Assembly (NCBI GenBank): GCA_041661305.1
Contig: JBAZUR010000001.1
Coordinates: forward strand, 167,077 to 231,076
DNA from: Minisyncoccota bacterium
GTDB taxonomy: Bacteria; Patescibacteriota; Minisyncoccia; Phycocordibacterales; VMEP01
DNA: 64,000 nucleotides
Reading direction: 5' to 3'
Part shown: in pieces, positions 9,119 to 17,879 of the stretch
Layout of the letters: every line of letters starts with the position of its first letter
Numbering within the stretch: the first letter of the stretch is position 1
Notes under the pieces: generated by a model
Databases searched by the model: none
What the model saw: only the letters and a program-made list of their open reading frames with translations
Told to the model about the DNA's origin: nothing
Position numbers and translations under genes: made by a program

Positions 9119-9583
9119 TTATTTCTTTTTTAGTTCTTCTATTTCGCGGACGATAGTCATGAGTTGATTCTCTATGTTTGTGAGTAGTTTTTTATCTTCG
9201 CGGTCTTTTTTCTCTTCCTCTGTTTCATCTTCTTGAATATCCTCAACATCCTCCTGAATGTCTTCAACGTCTTCTTGAATTTCCTCAACATCCTCCTGGA
9301 TTTCTTCAATGTCCTCGGAAATTTCTTCGATGTCTTTTTCAACTGCATGTAGTTGGGCAGTGGTGCGGTTTATCGTCAGTTGAATGAAAATTGATAGGTA
9401 TATAGCCTCAAGAGAAACTATTGTTGTTAGAATGAGCATTATCTTATCAAGAGCTACTCCAAAAATAGCTAGCACAAAAATTCCAACAAAAAATAAGGTA
9501 TGAACAACAAGCGATGGGACCGAGCCGATTCCACCGGTAATTTTCATCGAATATTTTTCTAATAGATGTCTGAACCTTTTCAT
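9119..9583 (-). CDS. Membrane protein with a C-terminal acidic tandem-repeat tail (EDIEEIQEDVEEIQEDVEDIQEDVEDIQEDETEEE).
   Basis: N-terminal TM helices. Repeated (E/D)I(Q/E)EDVE units. Confidence 0.55.
   Translation of the reverse strand: MKRFRHLLEKYSMKITGGIGSVPSLVVHTLFFVGIFVLAIFGVALDKIMLILTTIVSLEAIYLSIFIQLTINRTTAQLHAVEKDIEEISEDIEEIQEDVEEIQEDVEDIQEDVEDIQEDETEEEKKDREDKKLLTNIENQLMTIVREIEELKKK
9200..9345. repeat. Degenerate tandem DNA repeats of about 15-18 bp encoding the acidic heptad-like repeats.
   Basis: Repeated units ...tcctcaacatcctcctgaatgtcttcaacgtcttcttgaat... visible in the DNA. Confidence 0.5.
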
Positions 9584-9676
9584 CGGCGCATTATACTCAT
9601 CAAAACGAAAAGTACAAAAAGCTATGCTTTACAAGGGTGTTTGCGAACATTATGATGAGAGCTACAAGTCAAACTT

Positions 9677-12502
9677 ATGGAACAATACGACCACAAGAAA
9701 ATAGAAAAGAAATGGCAAAAAATTTGGGAGGAAGAAAATACTTTTGCGACTAGCGATGATTTAAGTAAACCAAAATCGTATGTTCTTGATATGTTTCCAT
9801 ATCCATCTGGTGAAGGCTTGCACACCGGACACGTTAAGGTTTATACAGCAAGCGATGTTTACGCACGCTATAAACGCTTAAACGGTTTTCGTGTACTTCA
9901 CCCAACGGGATGGGATGCTTTTGGTTTGCCGGCGGAACGGTTTGCGATAAAAAATAAAGTTCACCCTCGAGTTTCTGTTGATAATAATGTCGCGAATTTT
10001 AAGCGACAAATGAAGGCTATCGGCCTTTCGTATGATTGGGATAGGGAAATAGACACCACTGATCCAAAATTTTATAAATGGACACAATGGATGTTTCTTA
10101 AAATGTATGAAAAAGGTTTGGCTTACGAAGCTTATCAGCCGATAGTTTGGTGTCCAACATGCCAGACTGGTTTATCCAACGAAGACTTGGAGGGTAACGC
10201 TTGTGAAATTTGCGGGACTGTTGCGGAAAAGAAGCCAATGCGACAATGGGTTCTTAAAATCACGGAATACGCAGATCGCCTTGTTGACGATTTAGAGATT
10301 TTGAAAGATTGGCCAGAATCATTTAAAGAGGCTGAAAGAAATTGGATAGGAAGAAGCGAAGGATCGGAGATAGATTTTAAAATAGATGGTGTAGATAAAA
10401 AATTTACTATTTTCACAACGCGGGCAGATACGCTTTTCGGAGCAACATATGTTGTTTTGTCGCCTGAACATAAATTAATTTCTGAGCTTAGGCCCAATAT
10501 CAAAAATTGGGATGAAGTTGCTCAATATCAAGAAATAACGAGTAAGAAGACAGAAATAGAGCGAACATCTCTAGGGAAAGAAAAAACCGGCGTAAAACTA
10601 GATGGTGTTTGGGCTATTAACCCTGCAAATGAAGAAAAGTTGCCAATATTTATAGCCGACTACGTACTCGCTCATTATGGGACGGGAGCAATTATGGCTG
10701 TGCCTGCGCACGATGAGCGTGATTTTGATTTTGCAAAGAAATTTAACTTACCTATTAGAACTGTGATTGAGCCAGTTACGGGAGAGGTTCAACAAAACGA
10801 AGAGAAAAGAGAAAGTATAGTTGCGCTTGTGAGAGATCCTAAGAATGGGAAAATTTTGTCTCTTAATTGGGGAGAGAAATACGGGGGTCAATTGTTTGTT
10901 GGCGGAGGTATAGAGGAAGGGGAAGACATAGAGAGTGCTGCCATTAGGGAGACAAAAGAAGAAACTGGATATAGTGAAGTTCGTTTAATCGGCACTTCGG
11001 AGGTAATTCACCATCATTATTTTGCACACTCGAAAGGGGTGGCAAGGAATATCGATGCGATTGGTTTGTATTTTGAGCTTGTTGGAAATAAACAAGAAGC
11101 TTTGTCTCATGATGAATCAGAGAAAGGTAAATTTAAAGTTGAATGGATAACTGAGTCAGAAGCAGAGAAAAACGTGACGGACGCACTACATAGATATGTA
11201 TTTCAAAAATTTATACAAAACAAAGTATATACAGGAAGTGGAATTCTAACCGAGTCAAAAGATTTTAGCGGTATAGATAGTGAGGAAGCAAAAATAAAAA
11301 TTACAGAATTTGTCGGTGGAAAAATAAAAACGACCTATAAGCTCCGCGATTGGGTTTTTTCTCGCCAGCGATATTGGGGTGAGCCAATTCCAATAATCCA
11401 CTGTGAAAAATGCGGGGTTGTTCCGGTGCCAGAAAAAGACTTACCGGTAGTTTTACCAGATGTTAAGTCATATGAACCAACAGGTACGGGCGAGTCTCCA
11501 CTCGCGGAGATTTCAGAATGGGTAAATACAGAATGTCCTAAATGTGGCGGTGCTGGAAAAAGGGAAACAAACACGATGCCACAGTGGGCTGGGTCATCTT
11601 GGTATTACTTGCGTTTTATTGATCCAAATAATAATGAAGCTTTTGTTGACGCAAAAAGCGAAAAAGAGTGGATGCCAGTTGATTTGTATGTTGGTGGAGC
11701 GGAGCACGCAACGAGACATCTTATATACGCACGGTTTTGGCATAAATTTTTATATGATTTAGGAATGGTGTCGAGCAAAGAACCATTCATGCGTCTTGAG
11801 GGTGTTGGTCTTATTTTGGCTGGTGGTGGCGTAAAAATGTCCAAACGTTTGGGAAATATTGTTAACCCAGACGAAATAGTTGAATTATATGGAGCCGATA
11901 CTCTTAGAATTTATGAAATGTTTATGGGTCCTTTTGGACAAGCTAGTATCTGGGAGACTAAATCAATAATTGGTCCAAGAAGATTTTTGGAACGAGTATG
12001 GAAACTACAAGAAAAAATTTCAGACGTTAAAGAAAGCGATAAGACAGAAGTTGTCATTAATCAAACAATAAAAAAAGTTGGAGAAGACATTGAGGGTTTT
12101 AAGTTTAATACAGCAATAAGCCAGATGATGATTTTAACAAGTGCCCTTGAGGCGGAAGAGTACATTTCCCGCAAATCATTTGAGTCATTAGTTTTACTCT
12201 TGGCTCCATTTGCGCCACATTTTTCTGAGGAGTTGTGGGCTATTTTGGGCAACGAAAATTCAATCAATAAAAGTTCTTGGCCAGTATACGAAGAGTCTAA
12301 ATTAGTTGGTGGTACTGTCGTGGTTGCGGTACAAGTAAACGGGAAATTGCGGGATACGCTCTCGTTTAATAACGATGTCTCCGAAGAAGGTGTTGCAAAA
12401 GAAGTTATGGACTCTCCTCGTGTAAAAACATGGATTTCGGATAAAAAAATAAAGAAGACAATTTACATAAAAGGCCGTTTGTTTAGTATTGTTACAGAGT
12501 AA
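9677..12502 (+). CDS. leuS: Leucyl-tRNA synthetase with an embedded NUDIX hydrolase domain (about aa 368-550).
   Basis: Class-I HIGH region (PYPSGEGLHTGHVKVY). TTRADT editing-domain motif. AVPAHDERDFDFA. KMSKRLGN. The internal stretch GGGIEEGEDIESAAIRETKEETGY is a canonical Nudix box (Gx5Ex7REUxEExGU). Confidence 0.9.
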   Translation: MEQYDHKKIEKKWQKIWEEENTFATSDDLSKPKSYVLDMFPYPSGEGLHTGHVKVYTASDVYARYKRLNGFRVLHPTGWDAFGLPAERFAIKNKVHPRVSVDNNVANFKRQMKAIGLSYDWDREIDTTDPKFYKWTQWMFLKMYEKGLAYEAYQPIVWCPTCQTGLSNEDLEGNACEICGTVAEKKPMRQWVLKITEYADRLVDDLEILKDWPESFKEAERNWIGRSEGSEIDFKIDGVDKKFTIFTTRADTLFGATYVVLSPEHKLISELRPNIKNWDEVAQYQEITSKKTEIERTSLGKEKTGVKLDGVWAINPANEEKLPIFIADYVLAHYGTGAIMAVPAHDERDFDFAKKFNLPIRTVIEPVTGEVQQNEEKRESIVALVRDPKNGKILSLNWGEKYGGQLFVGGGIEEGEDIESAAIRETKEETGYSEVRLIGTSEVIHHHYFAHSKGVARNIDAIGLYFELVGNKQEALSHDESEKGKFKVEWITESEAEKNVTDALHRYVFQKFIQNKVYTGSGILTESKDFSGIDSEEAKIKITEFVGGKIKTTYKLRDWVFSRQRYWGEPIPIIHCEKCGVVPVPEKDLPVVLPDVKSYEPTGTGESPLAEISEWVNTECPKCGGAGKRETNTMPQWAGSSWYYLRFIDPNNNEAFVDAKSEKEWMPVDLYVGGAEHATRHLIYARFWHKFLYDLGMVSSKEPFMRLEGVGLILAGGGVKMSKRLGNIVNPDEIVELYGADTLRIYEMFMGPFGQASIWETKSIIGPRRFLERVWKLQEKISDVKESDKTEVVINQTIKKVGEDIEGFKFNTAISQMMILTSALEAEEYISRKSFESLVLLLAPFAPHFSEELWAILGNENSINKSSWPVYEESKLVGGTVVVAVQVNGKLRDTLSFNNDVSEEGVAKEVMDSPRVKTWISDKKIKKTIYIKGRLFSIVTE

Positions 12503-12537
12503 TAATGAAGCCCTTGACCTTTTTTGTATTAAATGAT

Positions 12538-12580
12538 AGAAATTAGAACACACAAATGACTCGGAGGTCATTTCTAATTT
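12538..12580 (+). terminator. Nested stem-loop (inner AAATGAC/GTCATTT, outer AGAAATTAG/CTAATTTCT) between leuS and the next gene; candidate terminator or leader structure.
   Basis: Inverted repeats read directly. Followed by an A/T-rich run. Confidence 0.35.
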
Positions 12581-12590
12581 AAATATCACA

Positions 12591-13619
12591 ATGCCACAGA
12601 TTAATTTTAAACCAAAACAAGTTGTTAAGAAGCTATTAGCCGTTCTTCCTGAGCGTAATTTTGATGTCATTGTTAATCGCTTTGGTTTAGGTGAATCAAG
12701 TGAAGCGAAAACACTAGATGCAATTGGTAAAAAGTATGGCATTACTCGTGAGCGTGTTCGTCAGATTGAAAATTTTTCTCTTCAATCAATTAAAAAATCA
12801 GAGGTTTTTGAGAAGGAAAAAGAAGCCTTTGAAAACCTCTTTTCTGCGGTACAAGCTCTTGGTGCAGTTGTTTCAGAAGAAGAACTACTCGCTCATTTTT
12901 CTGACGACCGAGCCACACAGAACCATATCAATTTTTTCCTAGTCTTGGGTGATGCCTTCGTTCGAGCAAAAGAAGACGGTCATTTTAAGCATCGATGGAC
13001 CGTTGATTCGGAGGTTTCGGAAAAAGTTCATAGTTCACTAAAAAAACTTTACGAAGGATTGAGCGATGAAGAAATAGTCCCCGAGGGGGAACTAGTCACA
13101 CGTTTTTTGGGACACCTTAAAGATGTTTCTGAAAAATATCGCGATGAAGAAATTTTGAAGCGTTGGTTGAAACTTTCTAAGTTAATTGACCGCAATCCAT
13201 TTGGTGAATGGGGACGTGCTTCCTCTTCTAATATTCGTGCTCGTGGTATGAGAGACTATGCCTACCTAGTTTTGCGTAGACACGGTTCCCCAATGCATTT
13301 TTCTGAGGTTGCAAAAGCAATCACAACTTCGTTTAAAAAGAAGGCTCACGTTGCCACTTGCCACAATGAACTCATCAAAGACAAGCGTTTCGTTTTGGTA
13401 GGGCGTGGTTTATACGCCCTTTCTGAGTGGGGCTACAATAAAGGTGTTGTTCGTGACGTTATAAAAGAGCTTTTAAAAAAAGAAGGACCAATGAGTCGTG
13501 AAGATATCTTAAGGCGTGTGATGAAGGAGAGGTATGTGAAGGAAAACACTGTGTTAGTTAATCTCCAAAACACTAACAATTTTAAGAAAAATAAGAGTGG
13601 TTTGTACGTAGCCGTTTAA
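12591..13619 (+). CDS. Sigma-70 region-4-like HTH domain protein (N-terminal about 70 aa) with an uncharacterised 270-aa C-terminal region. Not a canonical sigma factor, as there is no region 2.
   Basis: TLDAIGKKYGITRERVRQIENFSLQSIKK closely resembles sigma-70 region 4.2. Confidence 0.6.
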   Translation: MPQINFKPKQVVKKLLAVLPERNFDVIVNRFGLGESSEAKTLDAIGKKYGITRERVRQIENFSLQSIKKSEVFEKEKEAFENLFSAVQALGAVVSEEELLAHFSDDRATQNHINFFLVLGDAFVRAKEDGHFKHRWTVDSEVSEKVHSSLKKLYEGLSDEEIVPEGELVTRFLGHLKDVSEKYRDEEILKRWLKLSKLIDRNPFGEWGRASSSNIRARGMRDYAYLVLRRHGSPMHFSEVAKAITTSFKKKAHVATCHNELIKDKRFVLVGRGLYALSEWGYNKGVVRDVIKELLKKEGPMSREDILRRVMKERYVKENTVLVNLQNTNNFKKNKSGLYVAV

Positions 13620-13640
13620 TCAAAAAATGATTTTTAAAAA

Positions 13641-13668
13641 AGCGGACTAGTGATGGTCCGCTTTTTTA
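13641..13668 (+). terminator. Rho-independent terminator (AGCGGAC-loop-GTCCGCT followed by TTTTTT).
   Basis: 7-bp GC stem, 8-nt loop and a T6 tract directly after the sigma-r4-like gene. Confidence 0.7.
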
Positions 13669-13705
13669 CTACCACTTAATTTAATTTCGCGATAAGATAT
13701 AAGAG

Positions 13706-14884
13706 ATGGCAGATTACCTTCTATATATACTAGGAATTATTTTTAGAATCATTAACGACACGGCTTCTTTTTGGTTGCCTGTAGTATTAGTTTTCATTTT
13801 CTGGAAAGTATGGCTTTCTTATGTTCGCGCTGATTGGGTATCAAGAATGAAATGGACACTTCTTGAGGTTAAACTCCCGAAGGAAGTATTTAAAACGCCA
13901 ATGGCAATGGAACTTGTTTTAAATGGACTTCAGCAACCAAGTGGGGGGAATAAATGGGACCAATATTGGAAAGGGCGTGTTCCGGACTGGTTTTCATTTG
14001 AATTGGTTTCAATTGAAGGAACGATTCGTGTATACATCAGGGCTCTTTCAAAATATAAGAATATTATCGAAGCCCATGTGTACTCTCAATATCCAGAAGC
14101 CATTATTAGTGAGTCGGCAGACTATACAGAGAATATGCCATGGAGCAACGAAAGCGCTATATCACTTTGGGGTAGTGAATTTGCCTTGACCAAAGAGGAT
14201 CCATATCCAATAAAAACTTACGTCGACTATGGAATGGACAAGGGATATGTTGATGAAAAACAACGAATTGAAACAATGGCGCCAACTCTTGAGTTTTTGG
14301 GCTCACTTCAAAAAGGAGAACAGGTTTGGATTCAAATTCTTGTTCGCGCAACAAGAGGTGACGGTTGGAAAGCTGAGGGCAAGGAAATAATAAAAAAGTT
14401 AATGCATCGTGATGATAAAGATTCTGACAAGGCGGTAACAACAAGATTAACAAAAGGGGAGACAGACGTGATTAATGCAATTGAGAGAAGCATTTCGAAA
14501 CCAGCTTTTGAAGTTGGTATTAGGGGGCTATATTTTGCGGAAGAGGGTAAGTTTAACCCTTCAAATATTACAGCTCTTCTAAGTACGTTCAAGCAGTATT
14601 CATCACACAACTTAAATGGTTTTAAGCCTGGGTGGGGCCTCACTGTGCTTGATTATCCATGGGATGATTTTATGGATATCAGGAAGAAATCAATCCTCAA
14701 GGGGCTATTCGACGCCTACCGACTCAGGTCATATTTCTATGCACCATATGAGCACAAACCATTTGTTTTGAACATTGAGGAATTGGCAACAATTTTCCAT
14801 TTTCCAAGTGGAATTGCGGAAACTCCGACATTAACACGTGTTGATTCGAAGCGCTCTGAGCCACCCGCAAACCTACCGGTTTAA
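13706..14884 (+). CDS. Hypothetical membrane-anchored protein, 392 aa.
   Basis: N-terminal TM helices then a large soluble domain. No recognised motif. Confidence 0.5.
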   Translation: MADYLLYILGIIFRIINDTASFWLPVVLVFIFWKVWLSYVRADWVSRMKWTLLEVKLPKEVFKTPMAMELVLNGLQQPSGGNKWDQYWKGRVPDWFSFELVSIEGTIRVYIRALSKYKNIIEAHVYSQYPEAIISESADYTENMPWSNESAISLWGSEFALTKEDPYPIKTYVDYGMDKGYVDEKQRIETMAPTLEFLGSLQKGEQVWIQILVRATRGDGWKAEGKEIIKKLMHRDDKDSDKAVTTRLTKGETDVINAIERSISKPAFEVGIRGLYFAEEGKFNPSNITALLSTFKQYSSHNLNGFKPGWGLTVLDYPWDDFMDIRKKSILKGLFDAYRLRSYFYAPYEHKPFVLNIEELATIFHFPSGIAETPTLTRVDSKRSEPPANLPV

Positions 14885-14893
14885 AACCTAAAT

Positions 14894-15871
14894 ATGGAGT
14901 TTTTTAAAAAATGTGTTTCTTTGATTTGGCCACTTCATGGGTGGCGGAGATGGCTCGCAGTCACCGTCTTTACGGGAATAGTTTTTTTTGGAACCTTTGT
15001 TTTGCCACCATATAATTTCCCAGCACAAAATTCTATTGAAATTAGTGAGGGTTTGACGCTTTCAGATACCGCGCAATTTTTGAAAGAGAAACACATAGTA
15101 AAATCCGAGACTATCTTTAAAGCGTTAGTTTTTATTCTTGATGGGGAATACGGAGTTCGTTCGGGTGAATATTTTTTCGCGAAGCCAATAAGCGCCATTA
15201 CTTTGGCTTTACGAATTATTCACGGTGACTTTGGTTTTGAAGCGGTAAAACTAACATTTCCAGAAGGTTCAACAATAGAAGAAATGTCACTAATTGCTAA
15301 AAGACGACTCCCAAAATTTAATAGCGAGGAGTTCGCTATTTTGACAGAAGGGAAGGAGGGGTTTCTTTTTCCTGACACATACATGTTTTACACAAACACA
15401 AAAACAGTAAGTGTTGTAAAAGCACTAGATGAGAACTTTAAGGTTAAGACTGTTGTTTTAAAACGTTCTGCAGAAAAGCTTGGTAAAGATTTTAGGGATA
15501 TTGTGATTATGGCTTCTATAATAGAAGAGGAAGCTAGAAAAGAAGAAGACCGAAGGATGATCTCTGGAATTTTGTGGAAAAGAATTAGTATTGGAATGGC
15601 TCTTCAGGTTGATGCGCCATTTATATACTCGGTAGGGAGGAATACTTATGAATTAACGAAAGCAGATTTACGAGCTCCGTCACCATACAATACCTACCAG
15701 AATCGAGGGTTGCCAGTTGGTCCAATTTCAAATCCTGGATTGGATTCATTGGACGCTGCTCTTTACCCAAAGGAATCACCTTATCTTTTCTACCTTTCTG
15801 ATAAAAATGGTACTGTTTATTATGGTAAAGATTTTGAGGAGCATAAAAAAAATATACAGCTATACCTTTAA
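14894..15871 (+). CDS. mltG: Endolytic murein transglycosylase MltG/YceG family, copy 2 (paralog of 4353..5354).
   Basis: RMISGILWKRISIGMALQVDAPFIYS and SPYNTYQNRGLPVGPISNPG align with copy 1. Confidence 0.8.
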   Translation: MEFFKKCVSLIWPLHGWRRWLAVTVFTGIVFFGTFVLPPYNFPAQNSIEISEGLTLSDTAQFLKEKHIVKSETIFKALVFILDGEYGVRSGEYFFAKPISAITLALRIIHGDFGFEAVKLTFPEGSTIEEMSLIAKRRLPKFNSEEFAILTEGKEGFLFPDTYMFYTNTKTVSVVKALDENFKVKTVVLKRSAEKLGKDFRDIVIMASIIEEEARKEEDRRMISGILWKRISIGMALQVDAPFIYSVGRNTYELTKADLRAPSPYNTYQNRGLPVGPISNPGLDSLDAALYPKESPYLFYLSDKNGTVYYGKDFEEHKKNIQLYL

Positions 15872-15899
15872 AAAATAGTAAACGATAAGTAATACAATA

Positions 15900-16451
15900 A
15901 TGAAAAATCAAGTACTCGCATTTATAGATTTGGAAACTACTGGACTTTTGACCAACAGTCACGAGATTATTGAAATAGGGTGTGTCTTGGCGGAACAAAA
16001 GTTTTCTGAAGATGGGGTACTCACTTTAAAATACGTTGATGAGTTTGAGTACAAAGTAAAACCGACACATATTGAGACGGCAGACCCAGTGGGTCTTAGT
16101 ATCAACGGCTATGATGAAAAGGACTGGGTTTCTGCAGTTAGTTTAAAAGAGGCCATAGAAGATATGGCGACAAAGGTTAAGAACGCAATTATGGTTGGAC
16201 ACAATGTTGCTTTTGATTTTGCTTTTTTGGAAAAAGCATTTGAAGAGACTGGTGTGCAAAATCCAATGCATTATCACAAGCTCGACACCATTTCTATTGC
16301 TTATGCCAAATTACATAATTACAAAGGTGTCGAGAAATTTTCACTACGAGCGCTTTGTGAGTATTTGGAGATTGAGAATAAACGAGCACATTCAGCACTT
16401 TCTGATGCTCGAGCCACATATGAGATTTTTCAAAAGCTCATAAATATGTAG
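15900..16451 (+). CDS. DEDDh-family 3'-5' exonuclease (DnaQ/DNA polymerase III epsilon-like).
   Basis: Exo I (FIDLETTGL), Exo II (HNVAFDFAFL), Exo III (HSALSDARATYEIF). Confidence 0.8.
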   Translation: MKNQVLAFIDLETTGLLTNSHEIIEIGCVLAEQKFSEDGVLTLKYVDEFEYKVKPTHIETADPVGLSINGYDEKDWVSAVSLKEAIEDMATKVKNAIMVGHNVAFDFAFLEKAFEETGVQNPMHYHKLDTISIAYAKLHNYKGVEKFSLRALCEYLEIENKRAHSALSDARATYEIFQKLINM

Positions 16452-16610
16452 CATCTTTTGTTTTATCTTATAACTCTGTTATTTACCGATAAAATACATT
16501 GCGGAGTGCGTCGGCACGAGCATAGTAAATTTTCAGCAGAAAATTATACGTGTATTTTATGGGTAAATATTAAAACTTTACCAGCTGTTTTTCTCTGGTA
16601 GGATAGCCTT

Positions 16611-17705
16611 ATGAAGAAAGGAAAAGTATTTGTCGGTCTCTCGGGGGGAGTTGATTCTTCTGTCTCAGCCGCTTTGCTCAAAAAAGAAGGATACGACGTA
16701 GTCGGTGTATTTATAAAGGTTTGGCAACCCGATTTTTTTGCATGTACATGGAAGGAGGATAGGCGTGACGCAATGCGCGTGGCAGCGAAGTTGAGCATTC
16801 CTTTTTTAACTTTGGACTTGGAAAAAGAATATAAAAAAGAGGTAATTGACTACATGATTTCGGAATATGAAGCTGGCAGAACCCCCAACCCAGATATTAT
16901 GTGCAATAAGTATGTTAAATTTGGTGCTTTTTTAAGCTTTGCTCTTAAAAATGGCGCCGACTTTATTGCGACGGGGCACTACGCACAAATTGAAAAAAAG
17001 AGCTCAAGTAAAGTAGTGAAATATAGTTTACTAGCTGGTATCGATAACGAGAAGGATCAATCATATTTTCTTTGGACAATTAAGCAGGAATTGTTACCCA
17101 AAATATTATTTCCAGTAGGTGGTTACAGGAAATCAATGGTGCGCACTTTTGCAAAAAAATTTGACTTAGTGACTTGGGATAAACGGGATAGTCAGGGTTT
17201 GTGTTTTGTTGGTAAGTTAGACATAAAAGATTTTTTGAAACACTACATAAAAACAAAAAAAGGGAAGCTCTTAAATGAAAAAGGGGAAGTGATTGGTCAT
17301 CACGAAGGCGCAGTTTTTCTCACAGAGGGGGAGAGGCGTGGATTTACCGTAACAAAGGGAGAGCAAGGACACAGCGCATTGCCCCAGTATGTTGTTGGTC
17401 GTGATATTAAAAAAAATACTATAACAATATCTCCGCATCCCCAAAAATCTGAAAACACTTCTGATTCGGTTAAACTGAAAGACATCAACCTGCTAGTTGG
17501 CGGTATTAAAGAGGGAGATAAATTTAATGCACGAACTCGATATAGAGAAAAATTACTACCATGCGTTTTGGTAAAAATTGATGTAAGGAAAAAAACAGCA
17601 GAAGTAAAATTTACTACACAGAAGCTGGCTTCCGTTGGGCAGTCCCTTGTTTTGTATAAAAAAAATACTTGTGTAGGCGGGGGAATAATTACTGAAAATA
17701 GTTAA
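16611..17705 (+). CDS. mnmA: tRNA-specific 2-thiouridylase MnmA.
   Basis: PP-loop SGGVDSSV. MnmA-type motifs (NPDIMCN, DQSYFLW). Confidence 0.9.
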   Translation: MKKGKVFVGLSGGVDSSVSAALLKKEGYDVVGVFIKVWQPDFFACTWKEDRRDAMRVAAKLSIPFLTLDLEKEYKKEVIDYMISEYEAGRTPNPDIMCNKYVKFGAFLSFALKNGADFIATGHYAQIEKKSSSKVVKYSLLAGIDNEKDQSYFLWTIKQELLPKILFPVGGYRKSMVRTFAKKFDLVTWDKRDSQGLCFVGKLDIKDFLKHYIKTKKGKLLNEKGEVIGHHEGAVFLTEGERRGFTVTKGEQGHSALPQYVVGRDIKKNTITISPHPQKSENTSDSVKLKDINLLVGGIKEGDKFNARTRYREKLLPCVLVKIDVRKKTAEVKFTTQKLASVGQSLVLYKKNTCVGGGIITENS

Positions 17706-17745
17706 TACTTCTTCTTTTCAGTCAATAGATTTAAGATTTGATTTT

Positions 17746-17792
17746 AAATTCCCTCATTTTTGGAGGTTGAGCCTCCAAAAATGAGGGAATTT
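17746..17792. terminator. 21-bp perfect inverted repeat (AAATTCCCTCATTTTTGGAGG / CCTCCAAAAATGAGGGAATTT) with a 5-nt loop; strong hairpin, likely terminator.
   Basis: Inverted repeat read directly. Flanked by A/T runs on both sides, so possibly bidirectional. Confidence 0.55.
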
Positions 17793-17879
17793 AATTTTAA
17801 TAATTCATGTGTGTATATCTTTAATGTTTTAAGGTGTATCTTTTGATATACTGCTTATAAGTTAATTTACATTAAATTT

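Noticed and set aside
9584-9676. T-box riboswitch leader upstream of leuS.
   Set aside because: The leader is under 100 nt and lacks a T-box consensus (AATTAGGGTGGNACCGCG-like) or a specifier-hairpin arrangement.
12718-12942. 74-aa plus-strand ORF overlapping the sigma-r4-like gene in another frame.
   Set aside because: Alternative-frame ORF within a supported CDS; lysine-rich translation of AT-rich DNA.
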